A stretch of 64,000 nt of DNA, taken from contig OZ316893.1 in the NCBI GenBank assembly GCA_973895155.1, positions 5,594,171-5,658,170 on the forward strand. Direction: 5' to 3'. This DNA comes from Marsupella aquatica (lineage: Eukaryota > Plantae > Marchantiophyta). A program made the translations under genes and the position numbers. Below are positions 9,638 to 22,300 of the stretch, piece by piece; position 1 is the stretch's first letter; each line of letters opens with the position of its first letter. The notes beneath the pieces are model-generated. The model saw only the letters and a list, made by a program, of their open reading frames with translations. It did no database searches and was not told the origin of the DNA.

Positions 9638-10432
9638 CTATACAAGATGGTCGTTCAGTGCTAGAATTCCGCCGGAAATGTCAATCATAGCAACACGGAT
9701 CCCGGTAACTAGGTTACTTGCGGACGTCGGCTTGCGGAAGTCCATGTCAAATAATGACAAGACTATCTCCCTACGGAATTTCTCAATTTGATCCGTGGAA
9801 AAATTAATTTTGTTTCCTTGACACAAGCACTTGGTGTATCTCAAGATAAACACACCACAACTGTGGCTGTCACTCTGGTGAGGAATATCATTTCGATATA
9901 TCCATTCCCAACCTGAGAGATCCAAGTTGACACCAGTTCTCCAGCCAATTTCGTCGGCGTAGTACTTCCCAACAATATCTAGCACCCCAGGATTTTGTCA
10001 ATTATGAACTAGAGAATCTAGGTACTCGAGACGTTTCTCCTTCGGATACACAACTACCAATGACCAATGTTCTTTCACAGCATTGTGTACTAGAAAGACC
10101 AGTTTGTCGTATTCACTGATTTTTAGCGGAAACTCCTTTGTCCAAGCTGCTCTCTCCTCATCGACAATGGTAGGATCCATGGAGAGAAGCTCAAAATGGT
10201 GTGTTTGGAAGAATTTGACAAGGTCTGACTTTCCAACTCTATCAAGAATCAGTTTGAGAAAACTCAAATAAGCGTTAATTATATCATCGGTGAGCAACTC
10301 GCGCGGTCTCAAACACATCATATGTTTCCTCTTGATCGAGTGTTGTAAGAACTTGGTCAATAGCTCTTCCATATCCTTAGAAGGATCAAGGCATTGATCT
10401 ATTTGACTAGCCAAATTTTCAAAAAACTGCAA
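9638..10432 (-). pseudogene. Ulp1-like (C48) SUMO protease domain with one in-frame stop
   Basis: LTDDIINAYL, HWSLVVV, YLDSL, PHQSDSHSCGVF: His-Asp-Gln-Cys catalytic set; ORFs 9998-10432 and 9638-9985 are in frame across one TGA. Confidence 0.9.
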
Positions 10433-10922
10433 AAAATAGAGATTTCAGTACGCCTTCAAATAACGTATTGAGGTTGTAGCCTAAGGGTTCTACCTCAGAA
10501 AACATAAACAATAACAAATCAATAATAAAATAATGACGTCTATAATAGAAACTTTAAGCTTATAGCTTGCGAATGACCTTTGGATTGGGTGGATCCGGCC
10601 TTTTTGCAGCTGATCTCTTGGGTGCCTCAATCGCAACAACATCCTTCAACCCTCCTCGAGACCGCAGTGATCGCTCCACCGGACCAGTTTGCGAAGGTTG
10701 GAGCGATGAGGCAGGAAGACCTTCAAATGGTTGTGGCATTTGATTCAAATATTCCACAATCTGGGAATCCGATTCCAAAATATCCGGTGCCACAATTTCT
10801 GCGCGAGTGACCTCTGCAATATATCAGGGTCGAGACCACGAACCCGGTCGCATCAAGTCAGCTGTTAGTCTCTTAACGACTTAAGCCGAGTTTGGTGCCA
10901 AAGACATTCCCAGGTCTTGCAC

Positions 10923-12046
10923 TCAATTCTCGGAAAAGTGGACATTATTGATGATTGTCTCCATTCTGGATGCAGTGGCAGTCTTCTCCTCGGTAATCAA
11001 AAGACCCTTCCAATATTGCAAAGCAAGGACTGCCTGGACTCGGAGCTGCTCCGGTGAATATTTATTCCAATCATCCAACGAGACCGTACTTAAGGGTCGA
11101 TCGTTAAATTCAAACTCTGGGCGAAGAAAATAGTCTAATATTTTCTTCTTAACTGCACCTGAGGGTGAAGAAGGCTTCTTCAAATTCAGCTTTATTTTTG
11201 GTAGATGTTGTGCCTCAAGAATAAGCAAAAGATCCTTGGCCCTCTCGGCCTCCTTCCTCGATGCCTCCAGTCTTGCGGCTTCTTCTCTCTCCAGTCTTGC
11301 GGCTTCTTCTCTCTCCAATCTTGCAGCTTCTTCTCTCTCCAGTCTTGCGGAATCGACCTTTTCCACCTCCAACTTCTCCGCCTCCACCCTCTCCGGTCTT
11401 GCGATCTCGTCCGCCATCCTCTCGGCCAGCAGCCTCTCAGCCGCCACACTCTCTGCCTTGGCCCTATTTGCCTCTGTCACTAAAAGGACTCTCGCAGCCT
11501 CCGCTTTCTCAGCCTCCGCATTCTCAGCCTCCGCTTCCTCCGCCTCCGCTTCCTCCGCCTCCGCTTTCTCAGCCTGGGCTTTCTCAGCCTTGGCTTTCTC
11601 CACCTCCGCTTTCTCAGCCTCGGCTTTCTCTGCCTGGGCTTTCTCAGCCTCGGCTTTCTCCTTCTTCTTCGCGGTAGTTGCTTTTCTAGCTGCCGCCTTT
11701 TTCTTCTTAGCCTCCTTCAGCCGGGCTTCCTCCTGTCGGGCCGCCTCCTGTCGGGCCGCCTCCTCTCGGTCCACCTCATGTCGAGGCTCCTGTGTGGCCT
11801 CTTCATCAGAGTCCTCAGCGTCCTTAGAACCCTCCATCTCCTCGTCCTCTTCATCAGCGTCCTCAACGTCCTTCATCTCCTCTCCGTCACTCTCTTCATC
11901 TCCTCTATTGTCGGAATCTCCGACGTCGTTCTACGTATCAGTCATCCACTCTGGATCTTGGTCATTGACATCCCCATCCGTGTCACCTTCCACGTCACCT
12001 TCCCCCTCACCATCCGCATCACCATTGCTCCCTGCATCGACTTGAT
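10923..12046 (-). CDS. Acidic and E/A/K/R-repeat coiled-coil exon of the cargo gene
   Basis: AEKAE 15-nt and ARLEREE 24-nt coding repeats; AG acceptor near 12047. Confidence 0.65.
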
Positions 12047-12585
12047 CTGAATAAAATCAGGTCATTTGATAAGAATGACTCACGCGCATATTCGCGTGAA
12101 AAGAAATGTTAAGAATATCCACGCGCATATTTGCGTGACGCAATAAAAAGTAAGAGGTTTCAAAAGTAACCTACCTTGGATTGGCCCACTAGGGTACTCC
12201 GTTGGTCGAATGTACAATCGATCGGAATCTTCAGAGAGTGCATACTCTTGCAATAATTGATTACAAACATTATCAGGGATATGTTGTTCGTGGAGGACAT
12301 CCAAAACATCAGCCCTGAGAGCAGTTATGGATGGACGATACTTCATTAATTTATCTATACATTTTTCTATACTAGCCCGTACTGGGTCAATCAATGACAG
12401 CATTGTATCAATTGTCGCCATGGTGTGTTGCAAGAAACAAGACAACTCTCTATGCGTTGCCACAGGGCAGTAATATTTTACATTGGATCCAGCATCCTGT
12501 AAAAAAGCCGAAATTAGTTCACAATATTAATTGAGAATATAATAATCTTAAAATCGAAACCCCAAAATATAAATCTCAAAACTTA

Positions 12586-13891
12586 CCATTAAGCACTGGA
12601 TCAAGTTCGTTCCCTCACCGAAGCATATAGCCCATTCCCCACATTGGACGAATTGACTAACCATACTTTCAAAGAATGGAAGTATCTTTTCTGGGGAAGG
12701 TGTCGTGAACTCGCCGCTCTCTTCAAAATTGGCTATCTTCTCAATCCGATATTTGGAGACCAATTGGAACTCGAGGGCTTGTGGATCGCCCACTGTGCTG
12801 AAGGCCGAGCTGTGAAAAGCGTAGGTTACAATAAGCTTCTTCTCCTTCGGCCGCTTCTGAATATAATGGCTATCGACAGCAACGTAGTGTGTATACTTCC
12901 CTAATTCCCATTTGATTAAGTAAGACTCAACGGGAGAGGCTACAATAATAACCACATGGTGTGGTTTTGCCCCTATCTCGCTAGTAGCACGAAATAACCC
13001 CTCATAGAATGAACAATTTGGCGGACGCAAATCTCCCATTGATGAGGGATCAAAATAAATCAAGCTCGCAAGGTTCTTGTCTTCACATATGATACAGTCT
13101 GCAAACCCAACATTTTGTATATCCCAGAGGGATCGCAATTTCAGCCTCTCACCGACCGGTCGCACTAGTTGGTTTCCTTGACTATCAACTGATTTTTGTA
13201 TTCCTTCCACCAACCTGTAGAATATCGGGTCGATCTCTTTCAATAAATTATCATTACTAATATTTACATTTAAGCACTTTTTTAGATAACCACTCAACGC
13301 ATCTCTCAACTGCTTCAGCACCATCTTGTCGAGCTTAAAGCAATCAATCATTCCTTTGACCCGCAATTTTCATGCTGAATCTGTCAGACTTTTTAGCTCC
13401 GTCCGGGTGGATGCATCCCCGTTGAGTTTACTCAATAATAAAATCTCAAACTCAGCTTTTGTCTTCTTCTTTATACAGAATTGCTCCAAACTCATGTTGG
13501 TCGTTAACAACACTGGAGCCTTAGAGGACTTCCTCGCCTTCCCAGATTTCACTTTGATGCTTCGGTTTTTGAGTATAGACAGTCTTTCGCTCAACATATA
13601 TTCCGCTGCTTTTCGAAGAACCGAGTCTGAGCACCCTTGACAAGAACGGAATGTCTTCTTCAAAAGATGATAAGCACATGGATTATCCGCAATTTTGATG
13701 GCGTCCCTCTGTAAAATTCCGTTGTAAATTATAAGCTCTCCTGTCCTTGATAGTTCGTAGACCTCCCTCCACTTCTTGAATGTTTCATCCTCCATTGTAA
13801 AGAGAAACGGAGCTAATTCTCCAAATTTCATCATTTCGTTCTTCCCCATTTGAGCCCATGGGCAAACAAAACTCGTAGCTCTCATAAATAC
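12586..13891 (-). pseudogene. Central exon of cargo gene; C-terminal half may be a degenerate N4/N6 DNA methyltransferase-like fold
   Basis: ORFs 13370-13885 and 12548-13366 in frame across one TGA; GT/AG sites at both ends; FADCIICED and PEKILPFFESMVSQFVQCGEWAICFGEGT echo beta-class MTase motifs IV and X-I without DPPY. Confidence 0.45.
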
Positions 13892-14025
13892 CTGAAAAAC
13901 AATGGAAACATGATAATTCTAAGATTGACGTGACCGTTCGCGTGAGAAAAATTCTAAGCTTAACGCGACCGTTTGCGTGACAAAAGTTTAAACGATAATG
14001 TGATCGAAGAGGGTAATTTATATAC

Positions 14026-15250
14026 CTTCCAATTTGGATGACGATAATGTGATCCAGGCCGCCCAAATGAGTTCCAGATATTACGACACTGAGAAACTGT
14101 CCTTCTTCCATTGATGTTTGATGACAGTGGTTCAGAGCTTTCGATAATCCCATCAAATGAACATTATTGTCGTTGTTGAGTGTTGCCCAAAACATTACAA
14201 CTTCTATAGTACCGCAAGCATCTCGTACAACTTGGCTGACTTTGTCGTCCTCTTTCAGCAATTTGTATGCCATTATTGTGTGCTGGCCTCCAAGTATCCA
14301 AAAATGACTGGTCATAATGTCCTCCTCCTTTGGCGCCGAATCGTAGGGCGCCCCATTGTAGTCGGGATCTCTGTCGGCCTCCGACAGAACCCACTTCACA
14401 GGGACTAAAAAGTAGCATCGCTTTTCGAACTTTATAGCCGAATGAGAGAGGAGTGAATTCTTTAGCCTATCTGTGTAATCTTGATTCCACTCTCGGCACT
14501 TGATGTGGTCCGGTGCAAGATGACAACGTGATGTCTCAACAAAAAATGACTTGCTGTTAAATATATTCACAGCACTATATGAGGAAAGAATCGAACAGAG
14601 CCCCGACATTCGCTGAGGTAATTACTTTCGGAAGATTCTCCGCCGAGTATACTTCAACCTTGGTCACTGGCGGGGCCTTTCCCAAGCGAAATCCCTGGTT
14701 GAAAGGAACTCTCTGGAACTCAAGTACGTCAATAATGTATTGACAAATCAAATCTCCAGTTGATCCCTCTGGATCGGAAGGATATCCCACACTAGTAACC
14801 TTTTCCAAGGCGTGCCTTGCACTTAGAAGATCATCAATTATGGGCTGATTGAAGGTTACATATTGTGTTCGATCCAAACAAATGCTTATTTTGTCCTCCT
14901 GCTGGTCGTCGCTGACTAGTAGAACCAATCCCTCTGTACATACACTCTTTAACTTTCATGTTCTTCTCAAAGAAACACCCAAGAATTTGTGATCTCTCCA
15001 AAACTGTAGCTTTCTCATTTTTTGCCACCACAAGACGGACAGCCCCATTGCGAACGACTATTCCAAAATCGGATATCTCAGTCGATTCAAAGAGATGGAT
15101 ACTCTTTGTCTCCGTCGTTCTCTCTCTGATTGACTTTCCTTGATATGCAAGTATGGATGTCTTCGCGGGAGTCATTTTTGTCTTGGCTTTCTTACGAGAA
15201 GTAGCTTTAGACGAGTCTCTTTTCCGCTTTGAAGTTCCGGTAGGATCCAT
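14026..15250 (-). pseudogene. 5' exon of cargo gene with ParB/Srx-like domain (frameshifted)
   Basis: Three overlapping ORFs; CREWNQDYTDRLKNSL...FWILGGQHTIMAYKLL resembles the ParB N-terminal R...L..S and GG.H(R/T) motifs; basic NLS-like N-terminus (KRKR, RKKAK); GT donor at 14025. Confidence 0.6.
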
Positions 15251-15325
15251 TCTGAAACAGACAAATATTGAAAGTTAAACGTTTATTATAAAATACTAAC
15301 ACGCGCATGGTCGCGTCGTGCCGAA

Positions 15326-15770
15326 TTACATTTTAGGAACGTTTATCCTCACCCAATCTTCTCGCTCATCTTCATCTAACCAAAACCAAAGGTTCCTAAA
15401 CGTGTCAAGTTCAGATCCTTCAAATCCACCCAGAATGTCCAGCGGCGGGAGAGTTCTGATGGATTCTGTAAATCTGAATGCTACACTCCGTGAAGTCAAA
15501 TGCCTTCGAAGCGATTCATATCCTGGTCTATCAGTGAAGTCGTAACCTACCAAGGTGACCGTCGCCCAAGTACTACTATAAGTAACTATGTGGCACCACT
15601 TCTTACTGACTGTTCGAATGGCGATCAAGTCCATGACCCAATTTTTAATCGCATTATCCGACAAATTCCCAAGATAGTGGAAAACTCTTTGACTAATGGC
15701 CAAATATATTTCTCGACAATATCGTCCGGAAGACCGGGTATCAGGTCTTCAGCTTGACTCCATATCATGT
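15326..15770 (-). pseudogene. F-box-like gene 1 (frameshifted)
   Basis: LIPGLPDDIVEKYIWPLV, then in adjacent frame IRTVSKKWCHIV. Confidence 0.65.
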
Positions 15771-15963
15771 TTCGGTTCATAACCTTTGCACGTGCAATGC
15801 GCTCCATCATCATTTGACGATGAGATTTTCGATTCATGTCAAAGGACTGCAACATAATATGGAAAAGATTAAGAACAAGAACCTATCCATTAAGAACTGG
15901 GACCACCTAGATTCTGAGAAAATCTACCAAACCTTTTGATTAGAACATCTCGTTCTTCCTCAT

Positions 15964-16179
15964 CTAAATAGTTCCACCTAGATTCTGAGAAAATCGACGC
16001 AATCCTTCAATTGAAATAAAGTGTTTGTAGAGTATTGGCCAAATGTTTGAAATGACCAAAATATCTGGTATTCCTCCAATGAGACTAGAGGAGGTTTCAT
16101 CTAGCGTATCCCATATTGTTTTCTGTTTCCTTTCATGAGATGAAAGGAAATCTTGAGCCTCATTCAAAAGTTGGCTCAT
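15964..16179 (-). pseudogene. F-box-like gene 2 (truncated)
   Basis: LIGGIPDILVISNIWPIL matches its two neighbours. Confidence 0.5.
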
Positions 16180-16244
16180 CCTGCTTTTATCATATCACAA
16201 AACATTGTTAGAAGATGTACGACGCGCTTGGTCACGTAAGTTAA

Positions 16245-16817
16245 CTAGAATTCCTTAAAAGCGTAGATGTCACCCTCAAGGTATCCAACTTCGTGGCATC
16301 TGACTGTAAATTTCCATTTTTCAAGAGGGTGAAGAGCATCGTAAGTCTTCGTGAAGAGTTCCCTAAGATCTCTGGACATTGACCCCATGAATTTAATTCT
16401 TGGGTATTTCTGGAAGAAACTTTGAACTGTCGATGAGAGAGACTCATTTCCGATCGGTTTAGTAGGATTTCTTGGGAAAGCCAAATCTAATAAACTCAAC
16501 TTGATTACACCCAGAAGATAGGTATTCCCAACAAGGTGGCGCCATCTGTGACACACCGAAGATAGTCCTACAAACTCATCCAATTCCTTTATTGAGAAAT
16601 TTCCTACATTAGCCGAGGAATTAAAAGACTCCTTGATCCGAGGCCATATCAATTCCACGACAATGAAATCTGGAAGTCCAGGTAGTAGTGTTTCAACAAA
16701 TACAGAATATCCCGCCAATAGACCATCTTGGCTTCTGTCCAAAACGTCAAATATTGGGCATAGATATCTGAAGCTCTCCAGACCAGGTTCGCCCATGACT
16801 CTTTTTAGCCAAATCAT
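16245..16817 (-). CDS. F-box-like gene 3 (190 aa)
   Basis: LLPGLPDFIVVELIWPRI...LSSVCHRWRHLV. Confidence 0.7.
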   Translation of the reverse strand: MIWLKRVMGEPGLESFRYLCPIFDVLDRSQDGLLAGYSVFVETLLPGLPDFIVVELIWPRIKESFNSSANVGNFSIKELDEFVGLSSVCHRWRHLVGNTYLLGVIKLSLLDLAFPRNPTKPIGNESLSSTVQSFFQKYPRIKFMGSMSRDLRELFTKTYDALHPLEKWKFTVRCHEVGYLEGDIYAFKEF

Positions 16818-16835
16818 ATATCCCAGAGATTATTT

Positions 16836-17690
16836 TCACGCGACTGGTCGCGTCTACAAATCAGAATGTATAAACAATTCTTTGAGAGACTGTGATTTTT
16901 TCGGGTCACAACGTGACAAATCATAAATGTTGCTTCGTCCTCTAACAGAACCAGTCAATGAGAGAGCTACCTCAGACGCGACTGGTCACGTCAACTGATC
17001 CTAAATGGAATGGTACCTCCTCTAACAAAACCAATCAATGAGAGATCTACCTCAGACGCGACTGGTCGCGTCAACTGATCCTAAATGAAACCTTACCTCC
17101 TCTAACTCGTCCTCTAACAAAACTAGTCAATGAGAGATCTACCTCAGATGCGACTAGTCGCGTCAACTGGTCCTAAAAGGAACCTTACCTCCTCTAACAG
17201 AACCAGTCAATAAGAGAGCTACCTCAGACGCGACTGGTCGCGTCAACTGAACCTAAACAACTATATCCACTGAACCTTCCTTGTGGAGATTTGGATATGG
17301 TACGCGCTCAGTAAATCTATCCAGTTTCCTTCTCACACGCGACTAGTCGCATCAACTGGTCCTAAAAGGAACCTTACCTCTTCTAACAGAACTAGTCAAT
17401 AAGAGAGTACCTCAGACGCGACTGGTCGCGTCAACTGAACCTAAACAACTATATCCACTGAACCTTCCTTGTGGAGATTTGGATATGGTACGCGCTCAGT
17501 AAATCTATCCTGTTTCCTTCTCACACGTGACTGGTCACGTCAACTGGTCGCGTCAACTGGTCCTAAAAGGAACCTTACCTCCTCTAACAGAACCAGTCAA
17601 TGAGAGAGCTACCTCAGACGCGACTGGTCGCGTCAACTGATCCTAAATGGAACCTCACAATCTTTTCACGCGACTGGTCGCGTCAACAGC
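16836..17690. repeat. Tandem array of ~80-bp units (with ~190-bp higher-order unit) centred on the palindrome GACGCGACTGGTCGCGTC
   Basis: About ten palindrome copies (~16837, 16976, 17056, 17147, 17227, 17336, 17416, 17525, 17617, 17667), most within CCTCTAACAGAACCAGTCAATGAGAGAGCTACCTCA...AACTG units. Confidence 0.92.
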
Positions 17691-20600
17691 TCAAACAACT
17701 TTTGGACACTAGGATAATACAGTGATACAACTGTGATTACTGACCCGTACGGACAAGGAAATCCGAGTAAGCATGATTTCATTCGTTTGTATTCATTCAT
17801 GAACTTTACAATAATTCAGATGTTTGAGCTCTGTCATTGTGAAACTATTATATATCAGAAGTTTAGAGAATGATTCAGCTAAGATGATTCAATTTAGCAG
17901 TCTACTGGTTATATTCATCAATTAAAGGATTCAGTGTAATGAGATTCATATAACATGAGAGTTTATATGATTAAATACACAGCGTGCAAGTTTGTAATGA
18001 CTTACTTAAGACAATTCAGGTTGTATTTTAATTAGTGAGTTTGTATGATTCACACATATTTGAGTTTACAGACAAACCGCATTATGAAAACTCAGCTTAA
18101 CAATCAAGAGAAATTTTAGCAAACAACAATCAACACCAGCAGAAAATGTAGAAATTGCACCTGAATTCTGAAAAATTGATGTAATGGTCTGAGAGATTGA
18201 CGTCCAAGCACTTGAAGACCTTGCTGCGGCATTCCAGAAAGTAAATATAAGATTGAAAATATTAATATGCTAAGCAACAACAACATAGCTTCTATACTTC
18301 TATACATAGAGCTTCACTGCCATCAATTGAATAACATGTGCTTAATGCTAAGGAACTCATTATGTCGAGTTAAAAAGACTCTTTCAGAAGTACAATCAAA
18401 GCTGTCGATAGACAAACTGAGCATGAATAAAAGCGCACTAAACCTGAAGATTGAAAGAGGTGAAACAAACCTAAATGATGAATGGAAGGAGCTAAAACAA
18501 GCTGCCAAAAAGTAGTTCGAGCTACTAAAACACGTTGATCGAGCTAATATGAGCTTAAAATTGGCTAACATGAGCTGATACGAGCACTCCCAAAAAACTA
18601 GCTACAACGAACCCAACGGGCTCCTAAGAATCCCTTCGAGCAAACTAAAAGTGAATACGAGCTGTACATGCGAGCTGCAACGCGCCAACGAGCTCCTGGT
18701 CGAAACGATCGACAACTACTAAGAGCTGCAACGCGCCGACAAGCACCTGACCACAATGAACGAGCTGCAACGACAAAAATGAAATCCAGGGTAGGAGCGA
18801 GAGCGACGAGAGCAGGCGCACGAAAGTCTAGGGAGCGAGAAACAACAACAATGAACAGTGAACTCGAGACCGTGGGCACCGACACTAAGGAAGGACTAAT
18901 TAGGGTATTGTTTTAGCATAACCCTAATAACAGCCTAGCGATAGGAAGGTTCCAGATGATCTCCGTACAATCCACCATCGACTCAACAAACTATGCAATC
19001 ATGAAAAAAATATTACTGGATTCCTTTTGATTTGCCGTACTAAAGGAGATTTCTATTTGATCGCCAATTTGAAATTTAAACCGGTAATTATGCAACTGCA
19101 AAAGATTGTTAGTGGGGACCCCCGGATCCGGATCCGTATCTTCACTATATCTGCCAATTCAAATCCAAAATGTGAACGAACGACAACTTTCTCATGATCG
19201 TTCCATCACATAGTGGAGGCGAACTTCAAAATCATTCCATTTTGGTAGTGGAGACTGTCGGATCCGGATCCGTACTCCACTCTCTATCTTGCCAATTCAA
19301 ACCCAAACTCTAAACAACATAAAATGATTCTCACGGTCGGGGAGAACCAATATTCAAAATCAATCCTGTACAATGATTCTCACGACTAGAGACTCAACCA
19401 ATTTTCAAAATCAAAATCGAGTCCAGATGAACACATCCTTCATGGAGTCAATAGACTGATCTCATTGCTCACGGATCATTCTTCATTAATTTTTCAGTTT
19501 CTCCTGACCAGGATACTAGCTGGGCTCTCAGCGGAGGCTGATCCAAGGCACATTTGAGGTGGAGCAGATTGGATCATTCAATTATTCCAGTCGGAGGCGG
19601 AGCTCATTCAAGCAACACTGGTGCAGTTCTTGTTGTATCACCTTCAATCTTGGGGAGAGCACATCCGATCAAGCGGGAGAGTTGCGACGAAGCGAGACGA
19701 CAAAGATTTAGAACCTCCATAGTTTGCCTCATTCATCGAAGCATTCTAGCGGACCAACAAAGAGCAGCTATTCTGAAATCACTGTCTGGTCGAGGATTTT
19801 GATCTTGATACAATCAACAAGTTGTCATTCTCTGGTGGTGGGATTCGGTCACGATACTCAAGGAAATTGGAGTTCGAAGGAGGAGGCTTAGCTGGCTGGG
19901 ACGAGGAGGAGGCTACGCTGGAAGGAAGAGGCTTGGCTGGGAGGAGGGTTTCCGCCAACATCGGAGGGTTGCCGCCAACATTGCTCAGACCACACGCAAC
20001 TTAATAACTTGTAAGTATCAATCAACATTAATTCCGCAATAAATGAGGAGAGTAGTTGCCTTAAATCACGCATTCAATGCATGAATTGTGTCAATGAAGT
20101 TATGGTCCAATTTCTCACTCCGATTTTGATCAATCCGTGTTTCAAGTCCAATACAAAAGCAATGTATCAGAAGTACTAGTAGAGGATCCGAATGAATTCT
20201 CTAGTCTAAAATTGTATGGCGTTCAAGCATAGTTTTCCGTACGTTTTGCTATTGTTTATTGTAGTCGACGGCCTAGCAAAACGAAACGTAATCGAGGTCC
20301 ATTTCTCAGATCAGACTGATCTCAACTTGTTAGTAGGATGACCTATTTTTTTGGTTACACATGTAGTTCATCACGCGCACAGTCGCGTGAACCAATTTAT
20401 CTCAGGTCTTTTTGATATTGTTTATTGTAGTCAACAGCCTAGCAAATTGGCCAAAAATCTATTTTAAAACCAACGTCTTCGTTTCATCACGCGCTCGGTC
20501 GCGAAAATGTTTTAGAGGTCAGAGGAATCTCGTGGATGATTTTTCCTTGATTGCAAAAATGGTTACATCGATCCCGAAGGACTTCGGATGTGGAATCCAT

Positions 20601-20766
20601 ATCCACTAGCACTATCCAGGAATTTAATTGACCTAGTCTTTCGAACACTATTTTCCACGGGACAAAATTAAGCTACACAGTATCTATAACAAATTCTAAC
20701 TTGAACTACTCTTAAATCTGTAGTTCTAATCTTCGACTACTCAAAATTTTGTTGACTTCGATCGAG

Positions 20767-21308
20767 TCAGTCATTCCAAGATGAAGGCATCCACTCATCG
20801 GTGTCTGGTGTGGATTCCCTTGAATCCAGAAATTCTTCCTTTGCCCAAGTCCTAATGTCCATAGATTTTCTCGGCTTGCTCTTTCTGTAATACAAATTAG
20901 AATCTTCGTTCATCTCTAATTGCCTTTTCTTTGGTGCGTCCACTTTCTTGGCCTCCTTCTTGACTGTCTTAGCGTCTGCTGCTGTTTCCCCCAAAATGGA
21001 TTTGATGCATGCCAACCCTTCAACTTCTCCCCCCTTGAAACGGATTCCACGAGGGCTTTGCCCTTTAACTTCTCCCCTGATGCTATCTTTGTAGTCATTT
21101 CTGTCGGATTGGTCTCCATCTGATCTTCCATCGACAAATGTGGTGAACAATGTCGTCTCTCACAAAACATTTGACCCGATTTAGTCACCGTAAACATTAT
21201 ATTACATCGCTGACACATTCTGTAAGGAGTACCACAAATTTGATACGTCGAACCTTCTGAATCGTCCGTCGGAACATCCTCATTCTTCGAGCTCAGCGGA
21301 GTAGTCAT
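20767..21308 (-). pseudogene. Small Cys-rich (putative zinc-binding) protein, frameshifted
   Basis: CGTPYRMCQRCNIMF...FCERRHC in ORF 20916-21308; overlapping ORF 20767-21150 supplies a charged tail. Confidence 0.4.
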
Positions 21309-21619
21309 CGCCCTTCAAACAAGAGATGCGGACCGAGACTAAGAATTGGAAATGAGAGAGCTGATGTGCGAATAGATTATCCAGTAGCCAAAAAGTGGAA
21401 TGCATGGGGGAATGAGCAGTAGGGATCATCTCAATGCTTTATACTATTTAGTCTCCACTAATCATTGTACATAGTGGTTTCTAGAAGAGAGTGCGCATTT
21501 GACTGGCGCGTATTAGAATTGGCGGGAAGTTCAGTTATCCTCTAATTATGGCTTTAATTTCACGTTTGGTGACCACCCCGGGAATACTGATTGCTAGTGA
21601 AGTACTAAGATTTCTTATG

Positions 21620-22300
21620 AGGGTCAGTAGTTACTGACTGTCTGGTGTCCACTCATTGGTAAACTAGTACTGTCCACTCATTGTTTTTGAGTGGAGTTGA
21701 AATGATTGTTCGTAATCAATTGTAGTCGTTCTCATTCACTTGAAATGACTGACGGACCATGCATAATCTGTTACCGGTATGTGTGATGCCTTCAGATCCG
21801 TAATTGTATCTTCCTGTCTCATGCGCAATCGTATCTTACTTATGAAGTACCAAGTACGAGCTAGAGTTTGGGCCTGGCCTTCTAGCTTCTACGTCGTAGA
21901 CCGTGTTATCCCTACACCCTCTGACTAAGGTCACGCGACTAGTCGCGTGCAGGGCAGTGCATTGACTACATTCTGCTTACTTATTGACGGTCATGACAAG
22001 ACAGTGCAGTTCACGGACGTTTTACTGGCGCTTATTAGCATTACTGTCCTCAGTAGTTACTGACTGTCCACTCATTTGTTTAGAGTGGATGTGAAATGAT
22101 TGATCGTAATCGATTGTGGTCGTTCTCATTCACTTGAAATGACTGACAGACCATGCATAGTCTGTTGCCGCTATGTGTGGTACCTCTAGGGTCACGCGAC
22201 CAGTCGCGTGTAGCGCAGTGCATTGACTACATTCTGCTTATTGACCGATGTGATAGGACAGTGCAGTGAAGTTGACGAACGTGATAGGACTGTACGCTTA
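21620..22300. repeat. Local duplication upstream of the transposase
   Basis: CAGTAGTTACTGACTGTC...CATTCACTTGAAATGACTGAC at ~21626 and ~22051; GGTCACGCGAC.AGTCGCGTG...CATTGACTACATTCTGCTTA at ~21929 and ~22190. Confidence 0.75.

Noticed and set aside
9986-10000. Possible readthrough at TGA-CAA-AAT inside the Ulp1 domain
   Set aside because: Does not fit CARYYA, splits a catalytic domain, and neighbouring exons carry other stops and frameshifts; more likely a CGA>TGA mutation
11205-12050. Plus-strand Ser/Ala- and Pro-rich ORFs (269 aa, 138 aa)
   Set aside because: Antisense shadows of the repetitive E/A/K coding strand
12548-15250. Bacterial or phage contamination suggested by ParB/MTase-like motifs
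   Set aside because: Spliceosomal-type introns, linkage to Ulp1 and F-box domains, and nested plant retrotransposons indicate nuclear eukaryotic DNA
16836-17690. CRISPR-like array (palindromic repeat at regular spacing)
   Set aside because: Sequences between palindromes are copies of each other rather than unique spacers; no cas genes; eukaryotic context
18116-20073. Short overlapping ORFs inside the large element
   Set aside because: No motifs and no consistent strand; could hide small exons but cannot be supported
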